Of a DNA stretch of 64,000 nt, positions 23,228 through 36,016 are shown one piece after another. Position 1 is the stretch's first letter. Every line of letters begins with the position of its first letter. The stretch comes from Sphaerodactylus townsendi (Eukaryota): the NCBI RefSeq assembly GCF_021028975.2, contig NC_059426.1:76694001-76758000 (forward strand), read 5' to 3'. Under the pieces are notes generated by a model. It saw only the letters and a list, made by a program, of their open reading frames with translations. It made no database searches and was not told the DNA's origin. The position numbers were made by a program, and so were the translations under genes.

Positions 23228-25322
23228 GCAGACCTTGACATGTTTTAAAATTTATGAATCACCCCCCAATATGTAGAAGCCAGGCTGACTTTTAAGCCTT
23301 CAGGGATTGTATTTTAATGAGAATACTTTCTAATTAATGCTTCCACAAAACCTAATCCTAAACCACTCATACTTTAGAAAAGTTATAACATAATAGTTAT
23401 AGAATAAAAATAAATATGGATGTCATCACAACAAACAGCTAACCTCTGTCTATCACCAAACAGATTTGTCCATGTACTGAAGATCACCAGTAGGCAGTAA
23501 GTGAAAATACCAACTGCTGAAAATGCTAGGCGTCACTATGAATTTTCTAGGAGCCATAGCCCCTAGAGTTTGTTGCACTGTGTTCTAAGTGGCCTTTATG
23601 TTCTGGTTGTTAGTTAAAGAATACTATTTGTGCCCAAGTGCTGTTGAAATCAGCAGATCAACTTAGTTTCACATAAGTTGTATTGACTTTATACACTTTA
23701 TGACTATCTTCCTTTGTACCACAGAATGTGAAAATGTATTTGGCTTTTCTGTGGATTATACTTACAGGTCATACAGTCACATCCTTACTTATTACTTTGT
23801 TCATGAGATCATTGGGCATTATTTTATTTTTGTACCTACTTACCCTGGCAATGAGCCACACATTTTAATTCTGTTTAATTAAATTGTGAAGTCATGCTTT
23901 TTGCATTAATGCCTGTATACAAAAGTGTATTTTCTTCTTACTGTTATCAGCTGTTGAAGCATTTCTCATAGTTATGCAATTATTATAGTAATTTACACAA
24001 TATACTCTCTTTATAATAATGCTGTATTTAATTTGCTTTTAAAATATGCATGTTAGTAGGATCAGTTTGCAGCTGCAGGATCCTTCTAACTCTTGTTCAA
24101 GTTTTCAGAACTGACGACTTATCAGTACAGTATGGTCTGCATATCTGATGGCCTCAGTCCTTTGTTTGATGCTTTCCTAAAACTATAAAAATGGGGAGAG
24201 AAGTTGTGAAGAGAGTGGATTGGCTGCTTACAAAGCTGATAGGCTGTGTACGGTTTGGTGAACTGTGCGCGTTAGATGCCTGGCCTAGCTGCTCAGTAGC
24301 ATGCATTGTAAAGTCTGGCTGCTACCTTAGCATGTTATCTGGATTGGCTAATCTTACTCATGTATTTTTCATCATGATTTTGTTAGTCTTTTCAATACTC
24401 CTTGGTTAATGTACTTTATTTTAGTCATCACATTCTAGCCTTACAGTTAAGTTTCTTTTAATTTATCGATGTCCTCTACTGGCATGTAATTCATATGTGT
24501 TAAGGTCACAGTGAGCCTGGGAAGATCCCTACCTAGAATAAATGGTTAATCATCCATGGAATATAACAACAGAACTGTTGCATTCCAGGAGAAACATGGT
24601 AGAAAATGTGTGTGGAGGCATTTCAAAAGCGTAATCATATCAGACAATACAAACAAAATAGATATGCTTGCTTGGTCCCCCACCCCCCTTCAGGAACTTA
24701 ATTACAAATATACTGATTGTGTTGAGCTAGAAGCTGAATTTCATATGGGACAAATGAGCTGAGAGTGTACACATATTGCTTTGACTTCATGCTTTGCTTG
24801 TTTTGTTGCTTGTCCTTGGCTCACTACTGATCCCTGGGGTATTATGCTTTAATACCTATCTCCATGGAGTATAAAGGCTGACCTGCTGAACTATTCTTAC
24901 CTAATTAACTCTGAGGAAAGAAGGCTGCCTAATTTTTTTAGCTTCCTTTGACTGTCTTATCCTTTTTATCACTTGCATTCTCTACTAATGAAGAAGAGCT
25001 TGTGAATTTACTTGTAGCCCTTTTATTTTATTGTACCACAGCATTATGACTGTTTTTCTTACGTTTCTACTATAGACACAGTGCATGGATGATACCGTGT
25101 TGCTGAAATTCTCAAGTCTACTAAATAAGCTTAATGGCTAAAGCAATTTTTGAGCCCTTAGACAGCGTGAATAATTGTAGACGTATTTTGCTCTGATAAG
25201 AATAGATTAAGGTACTTTAATTTATGTGATTCTTAACTCTTCAAATTCTGCTGAAGTCAAAAGTGCTTATGTATTGTAAGTGATGAAGTGCAGATGTGTC
25301 AGGGAATTAGTTTACTTTCATC

Positions 25323-25750
25323 CAGTGGCGTATCTGCCTAGGGACAAGGGGTACCCCTTGTCCCCGGGCGCCACTCTTCTGGTCACGTGGGGGCGCAAAA
25401 TCGGGGCCCCACGTGACCAGGAAGTCCTGCTGTCTCATTGTTTTTGCGTGCCTCGACCCCATCCGAGGCACGCAAAAAAACAACGAGCACCCTCAACCCC
25501 ACCCTGAACTCCCCCCTCTTCAGAAGAGACTGCAGGCTGCCGGCTGGGAACCCAGCCAGCAGGGGGAGCCTGGGGGGGAGGTGGGCACCCTAGACCTTGC
25601 CCATGTCCATGGTGACATGGGCAGGGTTGAGGGCAGTGGGGGTGGAGCCTGGGGGCATTAGGGGTGGAGCTAGGGTGTGGGGGGCAGAGCCTGGGGGGCG
25701 TCCTGGAGACAATTTGTCTCCGGGCGCCATTTGCCCCTGGTACGCTTCTG
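25323..25750. mobile_element. Non-autonomous hAT element (GC-rich)
   Basis: Exact 8-bp TSD ctttcatc; TIR cagtggcgta / tacgcttctg. Confidence 0.88.
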
Positions 25751-26508
25751 CTTTCATCAGCCCAGATTATTACCTTAATAGTGCACCTATGTCTTTGGGT
25801 TTACAGTGGCTTTAGATGGATCTAAGCCTTGTTGTATGTCTGATTTAATTTAAACATTTCATCCCTTAAAAGGATGGGAATGTATTAAAATTATACTGTA
25901 AGATTTTTGTTTATATTTAGTAATTTTGTTATTAATGGTAATCTCTTCATATAATTTCCTTTTTCTTTATTGCTTGTTAATAGTTTTATACATTTAGTTT
26001 TGTACAACCTCTACCTATGTTATAAATGACAAGCTAATTTTGCACAGAAGTTATACTCTTGTTTGGCATTCAAACTGGAGTTTTGTTTGTTTGCATATCC
26101 AACATGTTTGTGATCTCCAGCCTTTTTTGTATAATGACATGCGAGGCCAAAGTTACTTGGTATGGTGACTCCACACACAAATCAATAACATTGCAAAAGC
26201 CTGAGGCCTATTTTCATAGTCTTGCCAACCCACTTTTGGGTTAGGATTCACAGACTGAGAGGCACTATGCTGATCATCCACAATCCAGATTGTCCCCTCT
26301 TTTCTGATTTTTCTCGCGCCTGAATTGGAACAACTTCAGAAAGACGGCACTCAAAGGTGTGTTTGCTTGCTGTATGGATGGGAAGTGACAATTTTTACAG
26401 GTCCCCCCCCCCCCCATATAGCACCCTTTTCCTTGACTTGGCTTCTCCAGCACTGTCCCCTCCCCTATTTTGTTTTAACCCCATAATGATACAGCAGATT
26501 GTTTAAAG

Positions 26509-26686
26509 CAGTGGTTCTCAACCTGGGGTCAGGACCCCTCGAACGACCCTTTCACAGGGGTCGCCTAAGACTCTTTGCATCAGTGTTCTACATCTGTAAA
26601 ATGGATTAAATGTTAGGGTTGGTGGTCACCACAACATGAGGAACTGTATTAAAGGGTCGCGGCATTAGAAAGGTTGAGAACCACTG
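26509..26686 (+). mobile_element. SPIN (Space Invader; URR1-like) hAT MITE
   Basis: cagtggttctcaacct...cgaacgaccctttcacaggggtcgcctaagac...ggtcaccacaacatgaggaactgtattaaagggtcgcggcattagaaaggttgagaaccactg matches recalled SPIN/URR1 ends; exact TSD gtttaaag. Confidence 0.9.
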
Positions 26687-26702
26687 GTTTAAAGAAAGCT
26701 TG

Positions 26703-27204
26703 GGCCGTTTCTGCATGGCCAGGAGGCGCCCCCACGCCGGCAGGAGTTCTGCCGGCGTGGGGGCGGGAGCCTGCTCGCACGCAAGCGTGCGAGCAGGCGA
26801 AGGGGAGGCCGGCAGACGGCAGGCGGCTCCGCACGGAGCCGCTTCAGCGCCGCCACCACGGTGTCCTCCTCGTCGCCTGCAGGGCGTTGAGTTCAGCCCA
26901 CGCTGCCGTCCGACCCCTGGAGGTCGGAGGACAGTGTGGGCGTGGCGACGCCCTGCAGGCTACGCAGGAGGACACCGTGAGTGGGCGGAGATTTGGAGAC
27001 AGCGTCGCCCGGCGGCGCGGTTCGCACCGCGCCGCAAGGAAGACGCTCCCTCCCCAACAACAACCCTTTAAAGGGGTGTTGTTTAGGGCGGCTTGACGCC
27101 GCCCTGGGGGGAGGGAAGAAGAGTCAGGCCTGTGCGAACGGCGGCCTGGGGGCGCCTTTTTTGGCGCCCCCAGGCCGTCATAAATGGGCCGTGCAGAAAC
27201 GGCC
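26703..27204. mobile_element. GC-rich PIF/Harbinger-type MITE
   Basis: ttg|ggccgtttctgcatggcc ... ggccgtgcagaaacggcc|ttg. Confidence 0.82.
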
Positions 27205-28229
27205 TTGGAGAAGCTTTTTGGTAGCTTAGTTGGTGGTGGTGTCTACAAAGGACTGATTCAATCAAAGTACTGGGAAAACCAGTATATTTTGTACACAGTA
27301 ACTTCATGTTCAGTTACAGAGAACAGACTGGGACAATTCCAGTAAAATATTATCAAGTTTCAGAAAAATATTTCACACACATGACTCAAACTTGAACTAG
27401 TAGTAGTATAACACAAGGGTTCTAGGAAAACACATAAATACTGGCGTACCTTACAATGATGTTATAATGGTTACAATTATTTGTAACATGCTTCAAACAT
27501 TGAAAACGCTGTATCTAAATGCTTGTTGTTATTCCTACTTTGGCTCAGAGTCCTACTTCAAATCAAATTATGCAGATAGGAAAAATCAACCCTCTTAAAT
27601 ATTGTAGCAACAGATTTTTTTTAGTGCAACTCTGCAGTTAAGTCAGAAGTGCACAACTGAAGGAAGGTTCACATATGGGAACCAGCTGTGTTGAGATCAT
27701 ATGACAAAACCTCCATGGAAACCAGATTGTACATGGAAACAATCTGAAGCCATTTTTTGTGATTAGACCACTGTAAAAAAAAAGTCCCCATAATTGCACA
27801 AATGACTGTGGGCTGTTTCTTTGTACAAACTGTCTAAAGACAAGATTTTCCACACCATTCCCTACACATTATTCGTTGCAAAGGGTGAGGGAGTGGCTTG
27901 TTCTCCTGCTAATCTCAAATGTTTACGAATGAGTCCCCTAAAATAATTTACTTAGCTTTGACAACAATTGTTAGCATATTGGATTTAGTTGTACTAGTCC
28001 CCAGGAATGAGACTGGCTACTGGTAGAAGCGTGTCTTTTTTCATTACTCACAGTTCTAATAAAAGGCATTGCCTTCTCTTCTTTATGTAGCTCAAACTGC
28101 ACTGATTTGTGTTTCCAGTTGCCTTCGTTTGTTTCATTGTTGCCTCCTTAGGGCTCTCAGACAAGGTGCCTTCAGTGGTATTTTTGGATATAAGGATTTT
28201 TTGTCACTGCCTCTGGTCTTTGGGCGCTT

Positions 28230-29510
28230 TGTGCAAAGGAAAAGTAGCTCTTGGAATGATGACACTTTCCAGTTCAGCAAAGAAATTCTACCATCTTGAT
28301 AGCCAGGCTATGAAAATGCTGCAACTTCCACTTGTAGATTTCCCCATAGCTGCCCTTCAGTCCTCCAACCTCCTCTCAGTGGACGGAAGGGGCACCATCA
28401 AGGACTCATTAGATAGATAAGCAGAGTTCGTTGCCAAAAAGTCCCATGAAGCCTTGGCCAATAGGGCTGCTACAGTATCAGCTCTAATCTCCTTAGCCTC
28501 TGTTGTCTGGTCACTCAAACTCATCCAACTCATTCTCCCTGAGAATCACAGGATCCTAGAGGGCATGAACAGGATGTTGAAGGCAATGTCCATAATGACC
28601 TATGCAGCACACACCGTGGTAGCTTCCACTGTGTCCAGAAGGGCATCTTGGCTCAGAACCTGGCTAGTGGACTTCGAATCTAAGGCTATTCTCATGGCAT
28701 ACCCGTTTGAGTGTGGTAAGCTTTCTGGGGAGGAGCTAGACAAAATCCTTGTAATACAAAGGATAAGAAAAGGCTATTCTCAAGAGCTGCAGGAGGTAAG
28801 ATAGGAGACTGAATACAAGTTGAATACCATTGCCTCAGCAGACGCTGCCTTCAGCCGGAGGGTACTTCAGCATGTAATAGAATACTGTAATCCCAACTTG
28901 CATCAGGAAGATGCCATTCTTGGGCATCCCACATTTGAAGATATCCTCCCGCTTAGAGAGAGAGAGTGGAACTTTGATTACTTGCTGAGAAGGTTCCTTC
29001 TGCTCTGAGGGAGGGAGGGCATCTTTTCCACCTGCAAACCACATTGCACCAAGAGAATCTCAAGAGAGGAAACACAAATGGCTCAACCGAGAGCTTCCAA
29101 TTGCTAATCAACATAGAAGAGGCAAGAGCCAAAAATATACAGGGCACATCAGCTCAGAAAAGTAGAATCATAGAGTAGGAAGAGACCACAAGGGCCATCA
29201 AGTCCAACCCCTTAACTACTAAGTACTATTCTGCTTTCTTACCTCTGTTCTTCGCTAACAAACTATGCTATCTGTGTTCTAGTTATAAGGTTCAAATGTT
29301 AGTAAAATCAAGTTAAGTCAAGCCAAGTTGACTGTTTCTCTATACTGCTTGGAAAAAACTAAAGTGTTCTGCAGTAGCCCAATAGGGGGAGCAAAAAAGC
29401 AGAGTTTAGTCGCACCTCCCTGAGCAACCAATGGGAACAACCACATTTGAAGATGCCCTCCCTTCCTCAGAACAGACTAAACCTTCTCTGTAAGTAATCA
29501 TGGTTATGTT
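28230..29510 (+). mobile_element. Old, internally deleted DIRS1-type tyrosine-recombinase retrotransposon (gag remnant, YR C-terminus, ICR and right ITR)
   Basis: ORFs 28109-28804 give a DIRS ORF1/LAP2alpha-like peptide (LPLVDFPIAAL...IKDSLDR...RRASWLRTW...YPFECGKLSGEELDKIL); SADAAFSRRVLQ resembles a YR C-terminus; 28975-29025 is complementary to 29450-29500. Confidence 0.8.
29161..29212 (-). mobile_element. CR1 LINE 3' tail fragment inserted in the DIRS remnant
   Basis: Reverse strand ggggttggacttgatggcccttgtggtctcttcctactctatgattcta. Confidence 0.75.
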
Positions 29511-30210
29511 CTTTCAGTGAGGAATATTGCTGACTTATTTCAGCCCTTTCTATTCCTTTGTACTTGAGAAGTTACGGCTTACAAAATTGAGGAATAGAAG
29601 GGATAACAGTGATATTCTGGACGTTGTTTTCTATTGATTCTTGAATGAATATGGGGACATCTACAAGGCTTGCAGCTGCTAGAGTTCTACCATTTGGTCT
29701 AATGTTTTAGTCTAACCAGTGTCTTTGTTAGAGTACCACATGTAGGAATATAAGGATATTTATAGATATATACATTAGACCTTGTTCTGTAAATGTCATA
29801 TTCATAGAACTTCTATTAGATTCATGGCAACAGAACATGGCAACCCATGTGCCTGTTCAATTGGGGTCTTTATTCCTTAACTAATGCAATTTTGTCCCCT
29901 CCAGCTGTTGCTCACTTATGTGGAGGGATTTCCTATACCAATAAAGGTGAAAAACTGCTATAATTGAATTATGTTTTAGGTGAGACAGGTTCAGGAACTT
30001 CATTTCCATCATGATAAAAACTCTGAAAAGAAGGCCTCAAATTGTTTTATATTCTGGGTTAGATATCAAACTGTTACCTTCTGTGTACGGGACACTCTTT
30101 TGAACCAATGGACATCTGAATCTGCTTGTCTGAAATCATATGTTACTCATCATTGAAATTATAAATCTAGTGTGTGTTGATTTTTTTTCTTTCAGTTCTG
30201 CTGCTGTTTT

Positions 30211-30794
30211 TGGGTGCAGAGTGGTAAGAAGAAGAAGAGTTTGGATTTATATCCCCCCTTTCTCTCCTGTAGGAGACTCAAAGGGGCTTACAATCTCCTT
30301 TCCCTTCCCCCCTCACAACAGACACCCTGTGAGGTAGGTGGGGCTGAGAGAGCTTTGAAAAGCTAGCTCAAGGTCACCCAGCTGGTGTGTGTGGGAGTGC
30401 ACAGGCTAATCTGAATTCCCCAGATAAGCCTCCACAGCTCAAGCAGCAGAACTGGGAATCAAACCCGGTTCCTCCAGATTAGAATGCACCTGCTCTTAAC
30501 CACTATGCTACTGCTGTTCTCAGTACTGTAAGCTACAGTACTGTAGTCAACACTCTGCTCGTGACCTGAGTTCAATCCCAGCAGGAGCCAATTTCAGGTA
30601 GCCAACTCAAGGTTGACTTCCATCTTTCTGAGGTCAGTAAAATGGATACCCAGCTGACTGAGGGTAAAGTACAGACGACTGGGGAAGGCAATTACTAACC
30701 ATCCCATAAACATAGTTTGCCTAGTAAATGTCATGAAATGATGTCGCCTCATGGGTCAGTAATGTTCTTGTACAGGAGACTACCTTTATCTTTT
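30211..30794 (+). mobile_element. Sauria SINE (Squam1), split by the Squam3 insertion
   Basis: Head gggtgcagagtggtaag at 30212; resumes ~30527 with gacctgagttcaatccc, ctcaaggttgact, gaggtcagtaaaatggatacccagc and tail tacctttatcttt. Confidence 0.8.
30226..30514 (-). mobile_element. Squam3-type SINE (long subfamily) inserted in the head of a Sauria SINE
   Basis: Full head-to-tail copy with the gcttatctggggaattcagattagcctgtgcac insert. Confidence 0.9.
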
Positions 30795-33569
30795 TTGATT
30801 ACTTTTAAAGTATAGATTTTTTTGTTTTATAATTTATGTTTGTAAGAAATAATATTAGTGAATTATCAGATCAGTGTTCAAAAACATTGAGCATAGACTG
30901 AAGATATTTTGTTCTCCTACCCATCCTCTCCTCAAGTTTATTTGTTTGGCTGTTCATTGTTTTGTCAATCTAATTTTGATTTAAAAATTGATATAAAGAC
31001 ACAAGTGTTGTGATTGGGGTTCCTGAATCCATGGGAAACTGTCTATTTTCTCAGGAGTGGAGAGTCGGGAGAACTGTGGCTCAGCCATTTGGGGCCTTTC
31101 TGTCAAAAAGGATCTGATGGATAGGCATCATAAAATATGATCAAGGAAAAAAAGATGAGGGTCAAGGACCCTACAGACAGAGAGCAGAGCAGCTCCTACA
31201 AGGGACAGGATTCCTAATTCTGTATAGGAGGGTTTCACCTAAGGAGGCAGAAATATTAAAAAGTGAACTTTTACTTTGTTCTGTGTACAAACACTTCTCC
31301 CAGATGTAGTGGAAATGTCTGGTAAATTATTTGATACAAATAATTGCTGAAACAACAGCTCTGAAAATTGACTTCTTTATTAAATTAGCTGGTTCCTCAT
31401 TTATTCTTTTATACACACTTTATGTCTTGTTTTGAGAGGCACTTAACTGTTTGCTGAAGTTAGTTTTCTAAAGCTTTAAAAGGAAAGCTCTCTAGATTAA
31501 CAGAGCAAGAGGATTGAAGTACAACATTTTAGTTTAATAGTGGGATACCCTTAATTTTCTCAGAATTCAAAAATTTAGAACTGAATGCAAGCTAGCCTAA
31601 TGAATTGCATACAAGTAATGCTTTGTTTTTCAGAAGTTAATGCTAGATTGTGTGGCCAATGAAATTCACCTTTGTTTTAACAAATACCTTTGTAGAAGTA
31701 TTCCTGTGTACTGGGTTAATTCAAGCTATTTTCTACCTCCAAGCAAGGTACTCTGCCCCTGTTTAGTTCATCAGCAACAGTTTGGGTTCGAGAATGTAAT
31801 TCCTGGAATATAATTTTATTTTTAATTTTTTACACATTTACTTATGAATTGCAAGAGATTTTAATTCCAGGGCAGGATGCCACAGCTTTTTTGTTTGAAA
31901 TAAAAGAGAGCAAGTCTGACTTATATTGTAGCATGTTGAATTAAAATCTTAGCAATGTAGTTTGTATTAAGCAAGACTTATATGCGCCATTACAGCTATT
32001 GTGAATGCTTGCTGTGCTTACCTTGTTCTTTTGATTTTTGCACAGAAATGTTGCTGTACCTTTTGCATTTCATGCTCTTGTAATCTAACTGTTCACAATT
32101 TCCCACCTTTAGATATTTGTGTGTATCAAATTTGCTGACTAAAGATTTACTTAATTCTTCTCATAAAACAGGCTCCAGCACAAAATACTTAATTTTACAT
32201 GGCACAAGATTGTGTTTTGGTTTTGCTATAGAATAACATGACTGGAATTATTGACTTAATTTGTGCAAAGGCTTCAGCAGTGCTTAGTCCAAGAGACTAT
32301 TTGCAACACTAGGACTAGAAGAAAAATACCTTGCTGTCACAACTGAATCGCATCTCTTGTCTCCATGTGCATTCAGTAGTTTAGGAGCTAGTTGTATCTG
32401 AGCAGGACTTAGTCAAACTGTCCTTTCTTCCAAGGAAGGGAAAAAAATCCCTGTTCATTACTCATTTTCCATGTCACGTCTTGCTAATTTCAAGTCACTG
32501 AAAAAACAAATACATATAAAAAACAGAATTCCAGTGCCATACGGCAGTTTAATTTATCAGTTTTGATTTTGCTTCCTTATTAATAACTTTGTGTGTGTAG
32601 AAGCTGGGAGAGAACAGACCCCCCCCCCCCCTCAAAGTCTCCCTCCTCCATTTCCCATCCCCAGAAACTTCCATTGAAGTCCTGGCTGGCTTACTCAGTC
32701 TAACTGAAAAGGAGCTGAAAGTTGCCAACAGTAAGTGCATAATCTGATTTGCATTTAACATTGAAACATCTGAGGGGAAAAATCAAAGAGAGAGGTCAGC
32801 GAAGGCATTTTTCAAAGTATTTATTTTATGTCAGTTTCTTTACATACTTTTGTAACTTCCATTCATCTGTTATAAAGGGAGTAGAGTCCTTACAGTATAA
32901 TTTTGAAAGGTTTGAAAAGTTATTGGCTTCAACGTACTCATTATACTGTGGAAGAACCCTTAAAAGGTGATTGTCCCAATAATCATAGAGCAGTCCTCCA
33001 CAACCGGCCAGATAACCAGCTCCAAAGGGAAATGAGGAGAGAGGAACAAAAAAGAAGCAATGATTGGAAGGACAGCTGTGGTTGCTATGGCATCTCAGGT
33101 GAGCTGCTTGTTTTTGGTTGCATATTGAATGGGCACTGCTGCTCTTGTAGCTGAAGCCAAATCTCTGTTTCTCATTCACTATTTGAGGTTATAGATCTTC
33201 CACCTTTTCACAAACCAGGTTTTAGTGAGGAAAGAAATGGTACATTACTTTTGTTTGTAATTATAATGTAAGAGCTTTATATCTTTTGAAAGGAATAATC
33301 ACTTTTACTGTCTTTTTGCCCTTCCCCCTTCCACAAATCAGCTTTGCTGCATTGACAATCTAAGGTAGGAGTCTTTTCAACTGACTCTGTAGCTTGCCAG
33401 CTGCTGAAGCGTAACCCCCAGAATATTCAGGGAAAGACTGCTAGAGAGAATGCTCTTGGAAGAGTCAGATACCTTAGAATGCTGAATGAACGGACCTAAC
33501 ATCTTTCTTTATGCAAAAGGAGTTGGAACCAGTGCAGCTGTTAGCTCTTCCTCTTGTCTCTGTTGATAG

Positions 33570-33725
33570 AGAAGAAGAGTTGGATTTATAACCCCCCTTT
33601 CTCTCCTGTAAGGAGACTCAAAGGGGCTTGCAAACTCCTTTCCCCTCCCCCCTCACAACAAACATTTTGTGAGGTAAGTGGGGCCCAGAGAGCTCCAAAG
33701 AACTGTGACTAGCCGAAGGTGATTA
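33570..33725 (-). mobile_element. Squam3-type SINE, 3' half
   Basis: gaagaagagttggatttataccccc...ggagactcaaaggggctt...cctcacaacaaac. Confidence 0.85.
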
Positions 33726-34762
33726 GCCCAAGAAAATGAATAAGAATAGGAATAACTTCCTCAAGTGGACATCAGGAAGGAACTTCATGCCCTCATGCAG
33801 GGACTTGTGTCACTCAAGAATGTGGAAGGGGCAAATGTGTAGAAAGGGCAGCTGGAATTGGACAGTTGCAAGGTTATCCATTTGGACAGTGGTGGTTTGT
33901 CTTTTTGTAATGGTGGTAATTAATTTTATCATCTTCCAGAGATCCCTGCTATCAGCAATATGCTGCTCTGCTTTAAAGCAGTCTTTTCAACAGTTTTTAC
34001 TTGAGCTTTAGGGCTTGGGGTATTTAGATTTCTTTTCTCTTAGCAAAGTGTAATAGCATGTTAATCTCTGCTTTCATGGAAATACAGCCCAGGGCCTTTT
34101 TTCAATAAGGAAAATGGCGTGGAGAGGAAAATTTCAAGCCTCTTTTCCTTGTGCCACAGTCCTGATCTGAAGTAGTCCATCACATCCTTGATTTTTCAGG
34201 GAAGACTGCTGGAAACTCTGTCTTCAGAGCTTCCAATATCTCAAATAGTTGAGCCCAGTCTTAGGCAGGAATGGGACCCCAACTCTTTTCTGACCTTCCA
34301 GCCATTACAAATTCTCCTTATCAAAGTTTTGTTGTATGTAATACAGAATACGCAAGAAGAAGAAAAAAACAGATACCCAGTACAGGTGTAATCCATTAGC
34401 AGAGTGAATAATGACCAGACATGATGGGTAACTGAAATATTTAGTAGTCACCCTTCAGTATGAGTTCTATTTATTAATAATTGCATCTGTCTTATCTAGG
34501 CCTTGCGTAGTATTTATTATTATGAAGTTAATGCAGCACTATTTCTCTTTTAATTCTTATTCCATCTTTTATTTAAGGTCTTTTTTTAGTCCCAAAAACC
34601 ACTCTGATGTACAATAGACTGAGAGAAAGCAACTGGTCTAAGATCACCCTGAGAGGTTTATGGCTGAGCTGGAATTGTTTTACTGAGGCAGAACACCTTT
34701 GGAATGTTTGAAATCGTTTTTTCCCCCTTTGCTTTAAGTATTTGCAGAGGCCAGAATACATT

Positions 34763-34995
34763 AAGGTTGTTCTAGAAAGAAGTTCAACTAGGAATGCAAG
34801 CTCCAGGTAGGACCTGGGGATCCTCTGGAATGATAACTCATCTCCTGACTACAGATATCAGTTCTTTTAAAGAAAATGGATGCTTTGGTGGGTGGACTCT
34901 ATGTCATTGTTATGGTTTTGTACCTTGTAGAATTCCCTGCCTTCCCCAAGCTCCGCCCCCGATCAAGTGTTTCCCAACTAGGAGCTAGCAACCCG
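34763..34995. mobile_element. Degenerate interspersed repeat (probable non-autonomous DNA transposon)
   Basis: Recalled gecko repeat motif ctccaggtaggacctggggatcctctggaat...gaaaatggatgctttgg...ggagctagcaacc. Confidence 0.45.
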
Positions 34996-36016
34996 ACCAT
35001 CCTACATGGCCCCACATGCCTGATGACCAGGGAAAACCTGACAGCCCATAGTGTAATACGTACTCCCTCAACAATTAATATTTGCTAGTTTGTGAAAATT
35101 AGCTGTCTAGTCTATCCAAAAAAGGGCTATGGTGATCAAGGAGTTACTCTGCTAAACCATTATACCATTAATGTCAACCTCTTCCTGGTTCTTGTTGTCC
35201 TTCAATGTGAAGGAGCCTTGTTCTTCTGTAATATTAAGTGTCACTAATGCGAATGTAGAATTAGCAGTTTGGCTGCAATCTGTACCATTTTTGTGCCATT
35301 TTTACAGAGTTAGAAAGCAACTTGAAAACTTGAACTGAGTCCAGAGTTTTCAGTGAGCTAGTATCTGGAAGGAAGATGGTTAGAAAACCATGGTGTATAT
35401 ATGTATGTATAATAACGGAGAGAGTTCTGTCCTCCAGTCTTAGCACTCTGTCTATTGGGGGGAAAAGAAGAGAAGGAAGGTGCAAGTCTGATAATAAATC
35501 AGGTCTGTTCCCATGATTAACAAACTCTGGTTTGATTGTCAATGTCTGAAGTGAGGCTTTTTGAGTTTAATACCATTTTGAGTTTGTTTAGCAGTATTTT
35601 GTGTTGCATTAAGGAATATCATGCTTACCTAAAATCATACTATAAATAGCAACAGAAATGGTAAGAGACTTACAGTGAAACTACTATCAACAAAGGACTG
35701 TCTAAAATTAGTAAGGACCCAATAGGTCACTGGAATTCTCAAGTTAGGAATAAACAGATGTAAGAGTGTTTGCACAGTACTGAATTTCTCAACATTCTTG
35801 GATCAAATCATAATTGCATCAAACTAGGGTTGGAGCTATTAGTGTCTCAGACCAGGGATTGATTAATCCCAAGTGCCAGGGCATCTAGAAATTTCATTGT
35901 GTTCTCATCTCTCATTTATTGTTAGCGCCTCTTCATAATTCTCAGTACAGGTACGAAGGAATAGAGGGTTAGTTTTTTGTTTTGATGACAGCTAAGTTAC
36001 CCCATATTTATTTATA

